A stretch of 64,000 nt of DNA, from contig JASBRJ010000054.1 of the NCBI GenBank assembly GCA_030149525.1, forward strand, positions 599 to 64,598. Reading direction: 5' to 3'. This DNA comes from a bacterium. Lineage in GTDB: Bacteria > Vulcanimicrobiota > Xenobia > Xenobiales > JADMJV01. The position numbers were made by a program, and so were the translations under genes. Below, piece after piece: positions 46,354-56,839 of this stretch. The stretch's first letter is position 1; every line of letters starts with the position of its first letter. Below the pieces are notes generated by a model that worked only from the letters and a program-made list of their open reading frames with translations, searched no databases and was not told the origin of the DNA.

Positions 46354-47891
46354 AACTTCACTACGAGATCGTCACCGGCCACTCCGTCTTTGTTGCCGTC
46401 CAAGGGTCGGCCGAAAGGGTCTTTGAGATGTTTGGCCGAGCCTACGAGAGTGTAAGAGCCTTTGGGCAAGCGGGCCACGTTGAAGTCTATCTGATTGGTC
46501 ATAAGCCGCACCTCTTTGGGCGGCCCACTCTGCACAACCTCCCCTTCTTCGTTGAGAATGCGCCAGGCTTCCCCACTGTTGGCCGACTCAGGATCCAGAA
46601 CTTTGTCGAAACGGATCACCACATTCATGGTCTGTCCGTTGGGGAAAGTGTTGAGCTTGGTGGTGACTGTGGGAGGCGACAACTCCTCGGTGAGCGCTCT
46701 TCCGGCGTTGAGGCGACCGTAGCCTAGTTGGCCTTCGTCGTCGGTGTTGAGGGCATCGATAGAGTCGGCGGTTCCGGCGATTTGAGCCCAGCGCTGAGCC
46801 CTGTTCCAGTCGGGGTGGGCACTCTGGAGCAGAAGATCCACGCCCATAGCCACAGGGCTTGCCATGCTTGTGCCGCTCAGAGCACCTGTCCGACCGCCGG
46901 GCAAGGTGGAAAGGATATCGCTTCCAGGCGCCGAGATGTCGATACCCCAGCCGTAGTTGGAAAACTCACTCCGTTGATCCACATGCTCGGGATCGGTTTG
47001 AGTGGAAGCCACCAGCACGACATCGTCGAGAACGCTTCTTTTGGGGTTGCGTCGACCGCTGTTACCCGCAGAGTTAAAAAGGAGCACATCGTTGTCGGCC
47101 AGTTCCCGGTAAGTGGTCTCGATCGCCCGGTCACCGACAAAGCCGTCGATATTAAAACTCGTGTTGATGCTTTTGACACCCTCTTGGAGAGCGTAGAGAT
47201 AGGACTCTACCATCATAGAGGAGCTGAATCTTCTCTTTCCTCCACCGATGCGAAGAGACATACCTCGCGCTTGGGGTGCGACTCCCACAACCCCGGACTC
47301 GCCCTCCTGGGCGTGCAGAATGCCGAAAACATGGGTGTGATGGGTGCCGTCGGGCTCTGCCGGGTCGGCATCGTCGTCGGAGAAGTCCCAGCCCACCACA
47401 TCGTCGATCTTGCCGTTGTGATCGTCGTCGGTTCCGTTGCCATCGACCTCTTCGGCGTTCTTCCAAACGGCGGATTGAATCTGCGGATGGTCGAGATCAA
47501 GGCCGGAGTCTGTCACGGCCGAGAGAATAGAGGAATCGCCCCGAGTGACCTCCCAGGCCTTCTTGATATCGATAATATCGAGATGACGGGGAAGCCCCTG
47601 ACCCTCCTCGGCAATCGAGCCCGGCACCGGCGCATCGACCAAGTCGCCTTCGTACTGGTAGTTGGGAAAGACTTGAACGCCGGTGTCTGCAAGACTTTTG
47701 AGAGTCTCTACCGAGTCGGTGAGAAAGAAGGCCGTCTCTTTGGTGGTACCGAGCATCTTATCCTGATCGCTACCGGCAAGGCTCGATAACGAAGCGACCG
47801 AGTTCCGAGGGGCCGCAACGATGTAACTCTTGGGAATAAGATGTCTGGTGATATTCATCCAAGCATGATTTTGCCATCCGCTCCCGTGCAA
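46338..47891 (-). CDS. S8-family subtilisin-like peptidase with no obvious signal peptide
   Basis: VTDSGLDLDHP, HHTHVFG and GTSMASPVAMG give the D/H/S triad. Confidence 0.8.
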   Translation of the reverse strand: MHGSGWQNHAWMNITRHLIPKSYIVAAPRNSVASLSSLAGSDQDKMLGTTKETAFFLTDSVETLKSLADTGVQVFPNYQYEGDLVDAPVPGSIAEEGQGLPRHLDIIDIKKAWEVTRGDSSILSAVTDSGLDLDHPQIQSAVWKNAEEVDGNGTDDDHNGKIDDVVGWDFSDDDADPAEPDGTHHTHVFGILHAQEGESGVVGVAPQARGMSLRIGGGKRRFSSSMMVESYLYALQEGVKSINTSFNIDGFVGDRAIETTYRELADNDVLLFNSAGNSGRRNPKRSVLDDVVLVASTQTDPEHVDQRSEFSNYGWGIDISAPGSDILSTLPGGRTGALSGTSMASPVAMGVDLLLQSAHPDWNRAQRWAQIAGTADSIDALNTDDEGQLGYGRLNAGRALTEELSPPTVTTKLNTFPNGQTMNVVIRFDKVLDPESANSGEAWRILNEEGEVVQSGPPKEVRLMTNQIDFNVARLPKGSYTLVGSAKHLKDPFGRPLDGNKDGVAGDDLVVKFQRIS

Positions 47892-47925
47892 GATGAAGCG
47901 AACATGTTAAAGCCTGGTCGAATCG

Positions 47926-48630
47926 TTACTCCGAGAGCGGAAACTGAACCGCAATCTCAAACACCGTGGGATTGACCTCCTGAAGCACGGAGTTAGAACT
48001 TTCGATCTCCTTATCGCCCATAATCTCAGCGAAAGCCTCCTCTCCCACATTGGAATCGGCACCGGCCTGAACCCGAGCGTGGAGGCCGTCGAGAGCCCCA
48101 CCGCTCCAGTTGGTGACCGAACCACCGTAGTCCCAACCGAGTCCGAGGAGCTTGAACGGCTTTTCGTTTAGCCTCTCCAAATCTTTCACGGTGGTGCCGA
48201 GGGTGACTCCCTGAGGAGTGTGCCACTTGGAATTTTCCCCCTGAATCCTGATCATCTGAACCACCGACGGGTCTTCGTCCCACCAAAAAATCTCCACCAT
48301 GGTCGTCTTGTCGTCGGGGAAGACGGTGACTCCCTCCTTCTCCATCCCCTCGCCTACGTACAGCTTGGTCTTGAGGACATTCCTTTCCCCGTAGGTCTTC
48401 ACCAGCGACTCATAGGTGCTGCTTCGACCGATCTCTCCCACGCTTTTGCCCGGAATTATAAGAAAATCGCTCGACTGCGGTGTGGGATCAGGTGTGGCCC
48501 AGGACTGGGGAGACGATGTTGCCGCCACAGGCGCCGGGGGGGTCGACGTGGCAACCGGGGGTGGCTCTTGTTTGACCGAACAGCCCGAAACCAAAGAGAG
48601 AAGCAGAAAGGCAGCAAAAGTTCTTTTCAT
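47926..48630 (-). CDS. Lipoprotein, hypothetical
   Basis: Lipobox LLLSLVSGCS. Confidence 0.55.
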   Translation of the reverse strand: MKRTFAAFLLLSLVSGCSVKQEPPPVATSTPPAPVAATSSPQSWATPDPTPQSSDFLIIPGKSVGEIGRSSTYESLVKTYGERNVLKTKLYVGEGMEKEGVTVFPDDKTTMVEIFWWDEDPSVVQMIRIQGENSKWHTPQGVTLGTTVKDLERLNEKPFKLLGLGWDYGGSVTNWSGGALDGLHARVQAGADSNVGEEAFAEIMGDKEIESSNSVLQEVNPTVFEIAVQFPLSE

Positions 48631-48664
48631 CCCTCACGGTTCGAGCGCCCCTCATGCGCTCCTT

Positions 48665-49600
48665 TTAGTCCAGGAGAGACCCATGAGGCAACCTAGCCCC
48701 ACGACGAGGAGGCCGAATACCGGAGAACGCAATCCAGTATAAGATGCGAAAGCGTTGCCCTCGATAGGGCTCAAGCAGCCTCAGCATGTCGTCGTCGTTA
48801 CCGTCTCGACGCCCCTCGAAAAAATAGCCCACAATCTTAGGAAGATCGTAGTCTCCTAAAGGCACGGCGTCGGGGTCCCCCAGGAAGTGACCCCTGACAT
48901 ACTGCTCCGTCCAACCCCCGATGCCACGACAAGCAAGCATCTTCTCACCGGCTTCTTCCCACGGGATATGCGTTGGAAGCAATGCCGGAAGACGAGCTGC
49001 AGCCTCTCTGATCGGTATTTCTCTTTTCCTCTCAATTCCACAGGAGGCAAAATCTGCCGAGCTGAGAGACAACAGTGTTCTTGCCGAGGGGCAGCTCACG
49101 AGACCGTCCCATGACTCCCCGAAGCGGCGACAGAGACGGCTCCAAGAACGGGCCGCCTCCGTACCGGACACCCTTTGGTGGAGGATGGTTTGAATCACAA
49201 CTTCTTGGAACCAAAAGCTGCGCCCCAGGCGAATCTGGCGAGCGCGAGCCGGCACTCGATGCAACACCGAGCCGCTGGATATATCCAGGTTGTAACGGTC
49301 CTCAAGAGCAATCAATCGCTCGATATCGGACTGCTGAAGCGAAACGGCTTGAACCGGTTCCTCTCGAGTCTCAAGCTCCACCACGATGCAATGATCGTTG
49401 CAGCCTGCCGTGATCCTGGCCAGATTCTCGCCCAACCAGAACAGCTTGCGCCGACCTCCTCTAGGAAGCCTCAGTTGAGTGGGGTCGTTTGCAGGGAGTC
49501 CGAAACATCGCAAGGCCGAGGACAATCGGTATCCTTCAGGTTTAGGAAATGACCATCTCAACTTCGCCATGGAAGAGAGTTTGAACCTTCGAGGTGGCAA
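48665..49600 (-). CDS. HhH-GPD superfamily DNA glycosylase, AlkA-like
   Basis: Motif GIGGWTEQYVRGHFLGDPDAVPLGDYDL, with a helix-hairpin-helix followed by the catalytic Asp. Confidence 0.65.
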   Translation of the reverse strand: MPPRRFKLSSMAKLRWSFPKPEGYRLSSALRCFGLPANDPTQLRLPRGGRRKLFWLGENLARITAGCNDHCIVVELETREEPVQAVSLQQSDIERLIALEDRYNLDISSGSVLHRVPARARQIRLGRSFWFQEVVIQTILHQRVSGTEAARSWSRLCRRFGESWDGLVSCPSARTLLSLSSADFASCGIERKREIPIREAAARLPALLPTHIPWEEAGEKMLACRGIGGWTEQYVRGHFLGDPDAVPLGDYDLPKIVGYFFEGRRDGNDDDMLRLLEPYRGQRFRILYWIAFSGIRPPRRGARLPHGSLLD

Positions 49601-49611
49601 ACTCCTTTAGA

Positions 49612-51018
49612 CTAGAGAAGCGGATGAAGCATTTTGGCAACGGACCGTTTCAGCCGCTGAGGTGCCGACTCTTTCTCAAAAAACTCTCGACTCAGCTTCT
49701 CCGCCTTCTCAAAGTCCGAACCCAACAACTCGTCCATCGACTTCACAATGTCGTTGTCCTCAATCCAAGCCACCAGTTCCAGATTCAAGCGAAAAGACCG
49801 ATAGTCGAAGTTGGCACTCCCTACCAGAACCCCCTTGTCGTCCACCAGGAGGGCTTTCTGGTGGAGCGCTCCTTGGCACTTACGATAGATCTCGATTTTG
49901 GAGTGGGTGATAAGACGCTCCGCATTGGTCAGGTTGGCACAATCGGCAAGCTTGACTTCACTCTCTTCGGGAATGATTATCTTGACCTCGACTCCACGGA
50001 GGGCTGCTGCCTCAAGAGCCGCCAGCCCCTTCTCGTCTGGAATTAAGTAAGGGCTCGACAGCCAGATCTTCTCCTGAGCACTATTGAGCGCCGACAGGTA
50101 AGACAAACCGGCAGGGTCCCAAAAATCGCGGGGTTCACTGGGAACGATCGTCATCCGAACCGAACCGTGACGGGAGGCCTTCCATCGAGCCGGCGGTACA
50201 TCGCCTGTGACATGAAAATAGTCTCGAATGAAACTCTGCTGAGCGACTAACACCGCAGGGCCTTTCACCCGAAAGTGAGTGTCTCGCCAATGGCCCACTT
50301 CCGGATCTCTGGAGAGATAGGCGTCTCCAACATTGTGCCCTCCGATGAAAGCCGTCTCACCATCCACAATACAATTCTTGCGGTGGTTGCGAAAATTGCC
50401 TTCATAGGGGTCGGTGTAGCCTACGGAGGGGTCGTGGGCTGCAACCTCGGCTCCCACGTCTCGCAGGGGTTGAAGCCACTCATCGTCTAAGCCGGATTCA
50501 AACGGGTCGTAAAAAAGATAAACTCTGACACCCCGGCGGCCCGCTCTCTCCAGATGGTCGCGAAACTCCTTACCGGTCCGGTCGTCCCGGATCTCGTAGA
50601 ACTGAGCGAAAATGTACTCTTGCGCCTGATCCATGGCCGAATATATGGCCTCGAACGTGGCCGGTCCGTCCTTAAAAATCTCCACCGAATTGCCGTCTGT
50701 GGTGGGGAAGCGATCGATCTCCGACATGGCCACGGCCACCGGCGAGTCTGAACGGACCACGAACGGCTGAAGCTCCTGCAGAATGCGCTCTTCGTGCTCC
50801 TGGAGTTCAGCCAACTTCTCACTCCGATTCTTGGCAAACCCTCCCGAAAAGCTTCGCCCCACGAGCCAGTACCACGGTACAAAGAGCTGAGGGAGTATCG
50901 ACAGGCTGGCACTCCAGGCAAACTTGGAAAAATTGTCCCGGGGTTGCACCAAAGCGTGGGCGGCACTGGCCAGTCCCGCGAGGTAGAATAGAAGATTGAT
51001 GAGTAGAAAAGTTTTCAT
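49612..51018 (-). CDS. cls: Cardiolipin synthase (PLD superfamily)
   Basis: Two N-terminal TM helices and two HKD motifs (HxKxxxxD). Confidence 0.85.
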   Translation of the reverse strand: MKTFLLINLLFYLAGLASAAHALVQPRDNFSKFAWSASLSILPQLFVPWYWLVGRSFSGGFAKNRSEKLAELQEHEERILQELQPFVVRSDSPVAVAMSEIDRFPTTDGNSVEIFKDGPATFEAIYSAMDQAQEYIFAQFYEIRDDRTGKEFRDHLERAGRRGVRVYLFYDPFESGLDDEWLQPLRDVGAEVAAHDPSVGYTDPYEGNFRNHRKNCIVDGETAFIGGHNVGDAYLSRDPEVGHWRDTHFRVKGPAVLVAQQSFIRDYFHVTGDVPPARWKASRHGSVRMTIVPSEPRDFWDPAGLSYLSALNSAQEKIWLSSPYLIPDEKGLAALEAAALRGVEVKIIIPEESEVKLADCANLTNAERLITHSKIEIYRKCQGALHQKALLVDDKGVLVGSANFDYRSFRLNLELVAWIEDNDIVKSMDELLGSDFEKAEKLSREFFEKESAPQRLKRSVAKMLHPLL

Positions 51019-51038
51019 GGCTGTCCCTCCCCAACCCG

Positions 51039-51080
51039 AAAAAAAAAGGAGCCCGTAGGGCGATCTGAGCCCGGGCTCCT
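51039..51080 (-). terminator. Rho-independent terminator on the minus strand
   Basis: On the minus strand: GGAGCCCGGGCTCAGATCGCCCTACGGGCTCC followed by TTTTTTTTT. Confidence 0.55.
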
Positions 51081-51239
51081 TCTGAGTAGTCGGCGGGTCG
51101 CCGTTCTCATTGATAGGTTAGTACGTTGTTCTATAGATAGAATAGCGAGGTCGGTAGCAAAACCCACCCTCCAGGCGTCTACAATCGGGGTATTCTATGG
51201 GGTACTATACCTTTGATTCGGATGATACCGTTGAGCGGT

Positions 51240-52016
51240 CTAGCGAAGAAGGCGCTGCGGCGGCCAGCCCTTGAAATGTCCGGCCACCGCCTGGCTCAGC
51301 CATCCTAGAGCTTCAGGGATCATGCCTTTGAGTTCATACAGATAGGCCAGTCGCATCTGGTCTTTCACACCTTCGGGCTGACCGAACTCCTTGATGGCCT
51401 CCCAGGTGACCTGAGGGACACCGTCAAGCGCCCCGCGCAATTCCTTAGAATTCAGGAGGGCCAATTTGTAGGAAGTGACGGCCTCTGCCAAACTCCCCTT
51501 TCGCATATGAAGGTCTCCCAGCAGAAGATGGACCTCGTGACTTTTCGGAAACACCTTGGCATAGCTTCGGGCATGCATTAGAGCCTGATCGATATCGCCT
51601 CGCTCTGCGTCCAGACGGGCCAGCCACCAATGGGCGTTGGGCTGAGTTGGGTCTCCCTCGACCGCTTCTCTTAAAGCTCGTTCACCGTCGGCGATTCGCC
51701 CTTCCCCAAGAGCTGCTATTCCTCGTTGAAGATAGGTCGAAGTGAGCGGCTTAAGAACGGCGTGTCTTTTGAGCGCCGCGCTCCCCTCGACTTCAATGGT
51801 TTCGGTAAAAGGGTGAAAGGACTCTCCGTTAGCGACTCGCACCTTGTGCGGGCCTGGTGAAAGCTTCTCCAGTTTGAGGGGAGTCCGACCGACGATCTTG
51901 TGGTCGATAGCCACCAAACAGTTGGAGGGCTCCGAAGTGATCTCGAGAGACTGAGCCACGCTCGATTGGGTCAAAGACAGAGATAAGAAAGCCAATGCAA
52001 GAATTCTTTTCATCAC
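51240..52016 (-). CDS. Secreted PEGA-domain / TPR-repeat protein
   Basis: Signal peptide, then a PEGA-like segment (VAIDHKIVGRTPLKLEKLSPGPHKVRV), then TPR-like helical repeats. Confidence 0.6.
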   Translation of the reverse strand: MMKRILALAFLSLSLTQSSVAQSLEITSEPSNCLVAIDHKIVGRTPLKLEKLSPGPHKVRVANGESFHPFTETIEVEGSAALKRHAVLKPLTSTYLQRGIAALGEGRIADGERALREAVEGDPTQPNAHWWLARLDAERGDIDQALMHARSYAKVFPKSHEVHLLLGDLHMRKGSLAEAVTSYKLALLNSKELRGALDGVPQVTWEAIKEFGQPEGVKDQMRLAYLYELKGMIPEALGWLSQAVAGHFKGWPPQRLLR

Positions 52017-52031
52017 AGCATTGATTTTCCC

Positions 52032-53471
52032 TCAAGACACTCGCCTCCCTGGGGGAAGAGGAAAGAATGTGGGTTGAGCGAGTCGTCTCATCCAGCCGCC
52101 CACCGAACCGGCCCCTAAGCCGACGACGAGATCACCCGGTCGACAAACGGTCCGGACCTGAGACTTGAGTTCCGGGAATCCGGGGACAAAAAGAATCGTC
52201 TTGCCGGGATAGGCCGCCACTAGGGAGCGATAGAGACTGTGCCCGTCGACGCCCGTAATCGGCTCCTCACCGGCCCCGAAAATCTCCGTCACCATAATCA
52301 CGTCGGCGTTGTCGAAAGCGAAGGGATATTGATCTTGTAGCAACTTGGAGCGAGTGTATCGATGGGGCTGAAAGACGGCCACGACGCGCTCGCGACAGAC
52401 CGACCGAGCCCCCGCCAGAGCAGCTTCAATCTTCTGGGGATTGTGAGCGTAATCGTCTACGTAAATCACTCCGTTGCTTTCGCCCACAATTTCAAATCGA
52501 CGGCGAATTCCTTGGAAACGCTCGATGGCTCCGGCAATATCTTCGAATCGAAGACCGGCGTTCAGCGCTATGCCCACAGCGGCGAGAGCGTTTCGAAGAT
52601 TATGCGAACCGGGAAGCGGAACTCGAAGAACACCCAGCGGGCGGCCCTCAAGAACAATCCGGGCTTGGGTGCAATGGCCGTCCTGTTGAACATCAACGGC
52701 ACGAAGCTTCGCTTCCTCATCCAAGCCGTAAGTCAACCACTGGGGGCTGGCTATCAGTCGCAGCATGCGCTTTATGTTGGGATGATCGCAACAAACCAAA
52801 AGTCTTTGTTCAACACCCAGGCAAAATTTGAGAAAGACCTGAGTGACCTCTTCCAGCGCCTGATCGAGGTTGTAGGAACAGCCGGAATATCTCTCAGAAG
52901 TGACATTGATATCGGGATCGATGCTAGTCAGAACGGCGTACTGAGGCTGGAATTTCTCCAGGGTACCGTCCGACTCGTCTGCCTCGGCTATGAGGATATC
53001 GGATGTCCCAACAACACAGTTCGTCTTTTCTTTGGCCAACTCTCCGCCGAGGAGCGCTGTGGGCGATAGACCGTTGGAGGACAAGACATGATAAATCAGA
53101 GATGAGGTCGTCGTCTTTCCGTGGGTTCCGGCCACAACCACGCTTTGGAGGTCGGAGATAAACTCCGCCAGCAAATCGGAACGATGGAGAATGGGGATAT
53201 TCATGGCCTGATAGACCTGGAGTTCTCGATGATCCGGAGGGATGGCCGATGAAACTATCACACGATTGGCATCTCTTCTTGCTTGCGCCTCCGGCCCGGT
53301 CTCAATTTCCGCACCAAGCTCTCGCAGTTCACGAGTTCGACGACCGGCCTGAAGATCGGTTCCGGAGACCCGTTTCCCGCGCTTGAGGCAGAGTTTCGCT
53401 AGAGCCGACATGCCGACGCCACCCGCCCCCAGAAAATGGGTTGTTCCTATGTCCTCTTTGATGTAGTTCAC
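52032..53471 (-). CDS. murC: UDP-N-acetylmuramate--L-alanine ligase (Mur ligase family; Mpl not excluded)
   Basis: N-terminal HFLGAGGVGMSALAKLCLKRGKRVSGTDL and the Walker-like GTHGKTTTSSL. Confidence 0.7.
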   Translation of the reverse strand: MNYIKEDIGTTHFLGAGGVGMSALAKLCLKRGKRVSGTDLQAGRRTRELRELGAEIETGPEAQARRDANRVIVSSAIPPDHRELQVYQAMNIPILHRSDLLAEFISDLQSVVVAGTHGKTTTSSLIYHVLSSNGLSPTALLGGELAKEKTNCVVGTSDILIAEADESDGTLEKFQPQYAVLTSIDPDINVTSERYSGCSYNLDQALEEVTQVFLKFCLGVEQRLLVCCDHPNIKRMLRLIASPQWLTYGLDEEAKLRAVDVQQDGHCTQARIVLEGRPLGVLRVPLPGSHNLRNALAAVGIALNAGLRFEDIAGAIERFQGIRRRFEIVGESNGVIYVDDYAHNPQKIEAALAGARSVCRERVVAVFQPHRYTRSKLLQDQYPFAFDNADVIMVTEIFGAGEEPITGVDGHSLYRSLVAAYPGKTILFVPGFPELKSQVRTVCRPGDLVVGLGAGSVGGWMRRLAQPTFFPLPPGRRVS

Positions 53472-53592
53472 TGACTCTAGAATGGAAGAAATCAGCCTGG
53501 CTCAAAAGGCCCTATAGAGGATTGAAACGGTATCTCTTTGGATAATGGCCGGATATGGGAAGTGCACCGGACCGCGCATCGGAAGGAAGGCT

Positions 53593-54579
53593 TCAGCGAC
53601 CCGGCGCCTGCCCCGACAGCAGACGAGAGACTGTTTCACCTACCCTGCGGCTATCCACAATGTGAGTCGCCGCTCCCAGCATAATCGCTGATTCGGGCAT
53701 CCCCGCCACGGCAGCGGTGGAAGGATCTTCCACCACAGTGACAGCACCGGCCAGGCGCAACTCCAGCAGCCCTCTGGCTCCGTCGGCGCCCATCCCGGAA
53801 AGGACAATCCCCAAACTCTCGTTACCGCGAGAGCGGGCAAACGACTCAAAAAGCCTATCGGCGGAAGGGGCAAAGTGATCTTGAGGAGAGGCCTTCCCCA
53901 AATAGAGTTCTCGATCATTGAAAAGCAGATGACGACCGGGAAGCCCGACGTAGAGAGTGCCCGGCTCCGGAACAATATTGGCGGTGACCAATTCACATCG
54001 CCAATCCGTCACTTCCCTCAGCCAGGTCAAGAAGCCTGAGGTCCCTTCCTGAGTCAGATGTTGAACGAGTATGGCACTGACGCCTGTGTCGGGTCGAACT
54101 TGCCGCAAAAGTTGTTCGACCGTGCGGGGGCCACCAGAGGAAGAGGCGATGAGCATAAAATGCCTCTTCTTGAAGAGATGACTTCGGTAGTTCCGTCGAC
54201 GAATGACTCGCAAACCTCTCATGAGCCGGACAGTCTTGACTAACTCCCGGTAGCTTGCTTGAAAGTCCTCGCTCTTGCTGACCACGGCCACAGCGCCCGA
54301 GCGTTCGGCACTACTTTTGAACTCTGCCGGGCTTGCCGTGAAGAGGACGATAGGCACAGGATAAAGCTCCAGAAGCTTCTCCGTGACTTGAGGGCCGCTC
54401 AGCCCAGGCAGTTGACCGTCCACCACCACAACGTTTGGCTTTAGGATGGGAACCAGGCGCAAACACTCTCGGCCGTCTCCCACTGCGGCCACAACCTGAA
54501 TATCGTCCTCTTCGGAGAATTGCTTCAGAAGAGCTTCTCGCTGAAAATCACTGTCTTCTAGAAGAACGATTCGTATCAC
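53593..54579 (-). CDS. cheB: Chemotaxis response regulator protein-glutamate methylesterase CheB
   Basis: N-terminal REC domain, then an esterase domain with the SSSGGP, PSAD and GMGADGA motifs. Confidence 0.85.
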   Translation of the reverse strand: MIRIVLLEDSDFQREALLKQFSEEDDIQVVAAVGDGRECLRLVPILKPNVVVVDGQLPGLSGPQVTEKLLELYPVPIVLFTASPAEFKSSAERSGAVAVVSKSEDFQASYRELVKTVRLMRGLRVIRRRNYRSHLFKKRHFMLIASSSGGPRTVEQLLRQVRPDTGVSAILVQHLTQEGTSGFLTWLREVTDWRCELVTANIVPEPGTLYVGLPGRHLLFNDRELYLGKASPQDHFAPSADRLFESFARSRGNESLGIVLSGMGADGARGLLELRLAGAVTVVEDPSTAAVAGMPESAIMLGAATHIVDSRRVGETVSRLLSGQAPGR

Positions 54580-56399
54580 AGTAGTCGACTCACAATTTGA
54601 AGAAATTTGGCTTCCTGGAAATCTCCCTTACCCAGGCAACGGTCGGCCCCGAGCAAACGAGCTTTCTGAAAGGAATCATAATCGTCGCGTGAGGTAAAAA
54701 GCACAAAAGGCAGACTGGGGTAGGGACTCTGCTCAGATCTGAGCCACTCCAAGAACTCCAGCCCGTTAAGATTCGGCATCTCCAGGTCACAAACTATCAG
54801 GTCAAAGGACTGTTCCGCAAGCTTGGCCTGCGCATCCAGGCCGTCCACCGCTTGCTCAACAGAATATCCGTTGCGTTTCAAGACGTCCAGGAGAATCGTT
54901 CTGGTCGTGACCGAATCATCCACAACCAGAACTCGCTTTCCGTCCTCCTCCACCCGGGGCACGTATTTCTGAGTCACCCGTCTTGCTGGGTTCGTCTCCA
55001 TTCTCAGATCCTCGAGATCGACGAGGAAAATCGTCTCCGCGTTCCAGGACGCGACGCCGAAGGCGGAGGGGCTAAGATGACTGACGGATGGAAGAGCATA
55101 GCCCAGGATCTCTGAAATCCCCTGGCAATCGGAGATAAGAAACCCTTTGCGGACCGACTTCTTAGCGGAAACCTCATCTTGGCACCAGACGATATAATGA
55201 GGTCTCTCCGCTTCCTGACTTTCATACCCGAAAGCTAAGCCGAGTATCGGGAGTGTGGGCTCCTCGCTTTCCAGCACTTCCACTTTTTCAATGGAGGAGG
55301 TTGCCAGCCCGAACACCTTCCCACAACTGCGCGCAATCAGGCATCGGCTCAAGAAGAACGGCGAGGGCACCTCGATCCGAAGGCATGTGCCCTGGTCCAC
55401 CGGCTTAAAGAAGACGCGCCCGTTCAATCGATGCACACTTTCTCGAACAGCCGCAAGTCCCACTCCGCGACCGGCGTGATGATCGGCGGTGTCACGAAGC
55501 GAACGACCGGTTTCAAAGAGCAGATTGACCTTCTCTTCAAGCTCCAGGGCCTCCCATGATTGCGGTCGATTCTCTTTCTCATAGGATCGACGAAGTTTGT
55601 CGAGATTGACCCCGCCTCCGTCGTCATGAACTTCCAAGCAGATGAAACGTTCATCTTGAAAAAGCTCGACGGTGAGAAGTCCCTGGGGGTCTTTACCTCT
55701 CTCGATCCGGGCCTGCGGAGTTTCGATACCGTGCACGACACTATTGCTCACCAGGTGAACGAGAGCGCCCCTGAGTTCTGTCAAATAGTCCCGCAAGATC
55801 TGATCGGTGGATGCTCGACAGTGGAGACTCACCTTCTTCGAGTGAGACGCGCTCACACTCTGAACGACCGAGTCGAGCCCCAGAAAGAGCTGGTGAACTG
55901 GAGCGAAGACGGTCTGAAAAGTGAGTTCTCTGAGCCTTCGAACCTCCGACTCAACAACCGGCTCTTTCTTCTTTTCGGCTGTCGCTTTGACCAGAGTCTC
56001 AAGCTTTGCTACCGTGCTCAAGAGTCTTTGCAAAATCGAGATGGAGCCGGCGCTCTCCACAGCCGGCATAGGAGCGGGCGCAGACTCCCTCGGTCCAGCA
56101 ACCGTTTCCCCGATCAGTTCCTGAAGTTCTCCCAGGAGTCTCTCCAGCCGAGCAAACTCCGGGGAGTGGGGAGTGAGAGGAGAGCCCAATATCTCCTCAG
56201 CCTCGTGAGCCTTTCGAGCCGCCTCCTCCAGACCCATCATGTTGGCCGAACCCTTGAGGGTATGGAGAGTCGTCTTCACCGGAGTTAAGTCGGAGTTACC
56301 CTTCTTGAACTCTTCCACGGTGTTAAACACCAACTCCAACCGCTTCCGAGTTTCGCTGGCAAACAGCTGCTGAAGAGAGGCTTCATTTGAACGACTCAA
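54576..56399 (-). CDS. cheA: CheA-type histidine kinase fused to a C-terminal receiver (WspE/FrzE-like)
   Basis: Hpt domain (HTLKGSANMMG), HATPase_c domain (HDDGGGVN), CheW-like domain, and a C-terminal REC domain (VLVVDDS...DLIVCDLEMP). Confidence 0.85.
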   Translation of the reverse strand: MSRSNEASLQQLFASETRKRLELVFNTVEEFKKGNSDLTPVKTTLHTLKGSANMMGLEEAARKAHEAEEILGSPLTPHSPEFARLERLLGELQELIGETVAGPRESAPAPMPAVESAGSISILQRLLSTVAKLETLVKATAEKKKEPVVESEVRRLRELTFQTVFAPVHQLFLGLDSVVQSVSASHSKKVSLHCRASTDQILRDYLTELRGALVHLVSNSVVHGIETPQARIERGKDPQGLLTVELFQDERFICLEVHDDGGGVNLDKLRRSYEKENRPQSWEALELEEKVNLLFETGRSLRDTADHHAGRGVGLAAVRESVHRLNGRVFFKPVDQGTCLRIEVPSPFFLSRCLIARSCGKVFGLATSSIEKVEVLESEEPTLPILGLAFGYESQEAERPHYIVWCQDEVSAKKSVRKGFLISDCQGISEILGYALPSVSHLSPSAFGVASWNAETIFLVDLEDLRMETNPARRVTQKYVPRVEEDGKRVLVVDDSVTTRTILLDVLKRNGYSVEQAVDGLDAQAKLAEQSFDLIVCDLEMPNLNGLEFLEWLRSEQSPYPSLPFVLFTSRDDYDSFQKARLLGADRCLGKGDFQEAKFLQIVSRLL

Positions 56400-56839
56400 C
56401 GCAGGGCCTCCATGTCGAGAACGAGGATATCTCCGATTTTCCCCTTTGCTCCGCTCTGCTGCACAGGTGACATGTCCTCATGAAAAAGCTCGGCCAAGGA
56501 AGTTTTCCTGGGGAGTCTCAGGGCCAATGATTTGTCTCTCAGGAGCGCAAAAAGGTAGTCTGAATGGTGAACCGGACGCTCACCGATAAGCTCTACGATA
56601 TCCACCACCGGATAGGCGGAAAGCTCCCAGCAAAGTAGACCCAAACATCGATATCCGCGCCAGGAGACCCCTCTGGGACACTCCAGCGGGGTGGTCTCAA
56701 CCACTGTTGAGAAATAGCGACTGGGCAGAGCCCATCGCTGATCTTCCATGTCCACCACTAGAAAACTCGAGGTGGGCCGGCTTTCTCGGGTCTCGCGGTT
56801 GGCAAGCTCAAGAGCACGAGCATCGAAAATCTCCTTCAC
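56396..56839 (-). CDS. cheW: CheW-like coupling protein
   Basis: 147-aa single CheW domain. Overlaps both neighbouring genes by 4 nt. Confidence 0.8.
   Translation of the reverse strand: MKEIFDARALELANRETRESRPTSSFLVVDMEDQRWALPSRYFSTVVETTPLECPRGVSWRGYRCLGLLCWELSAYPVVDIVELIGERPVHHSDYLFALLRDKSLALRLPRKTSLAELFHEDMSPVQQSGAKGKIGDILVLDMEALR

Noticed and set aside
46728-47789. 353-aa plus-strand ORF
   Set aside because: It is antisense to the S8 subtilase gene, which has an intact catalytic triad on the minus strand.
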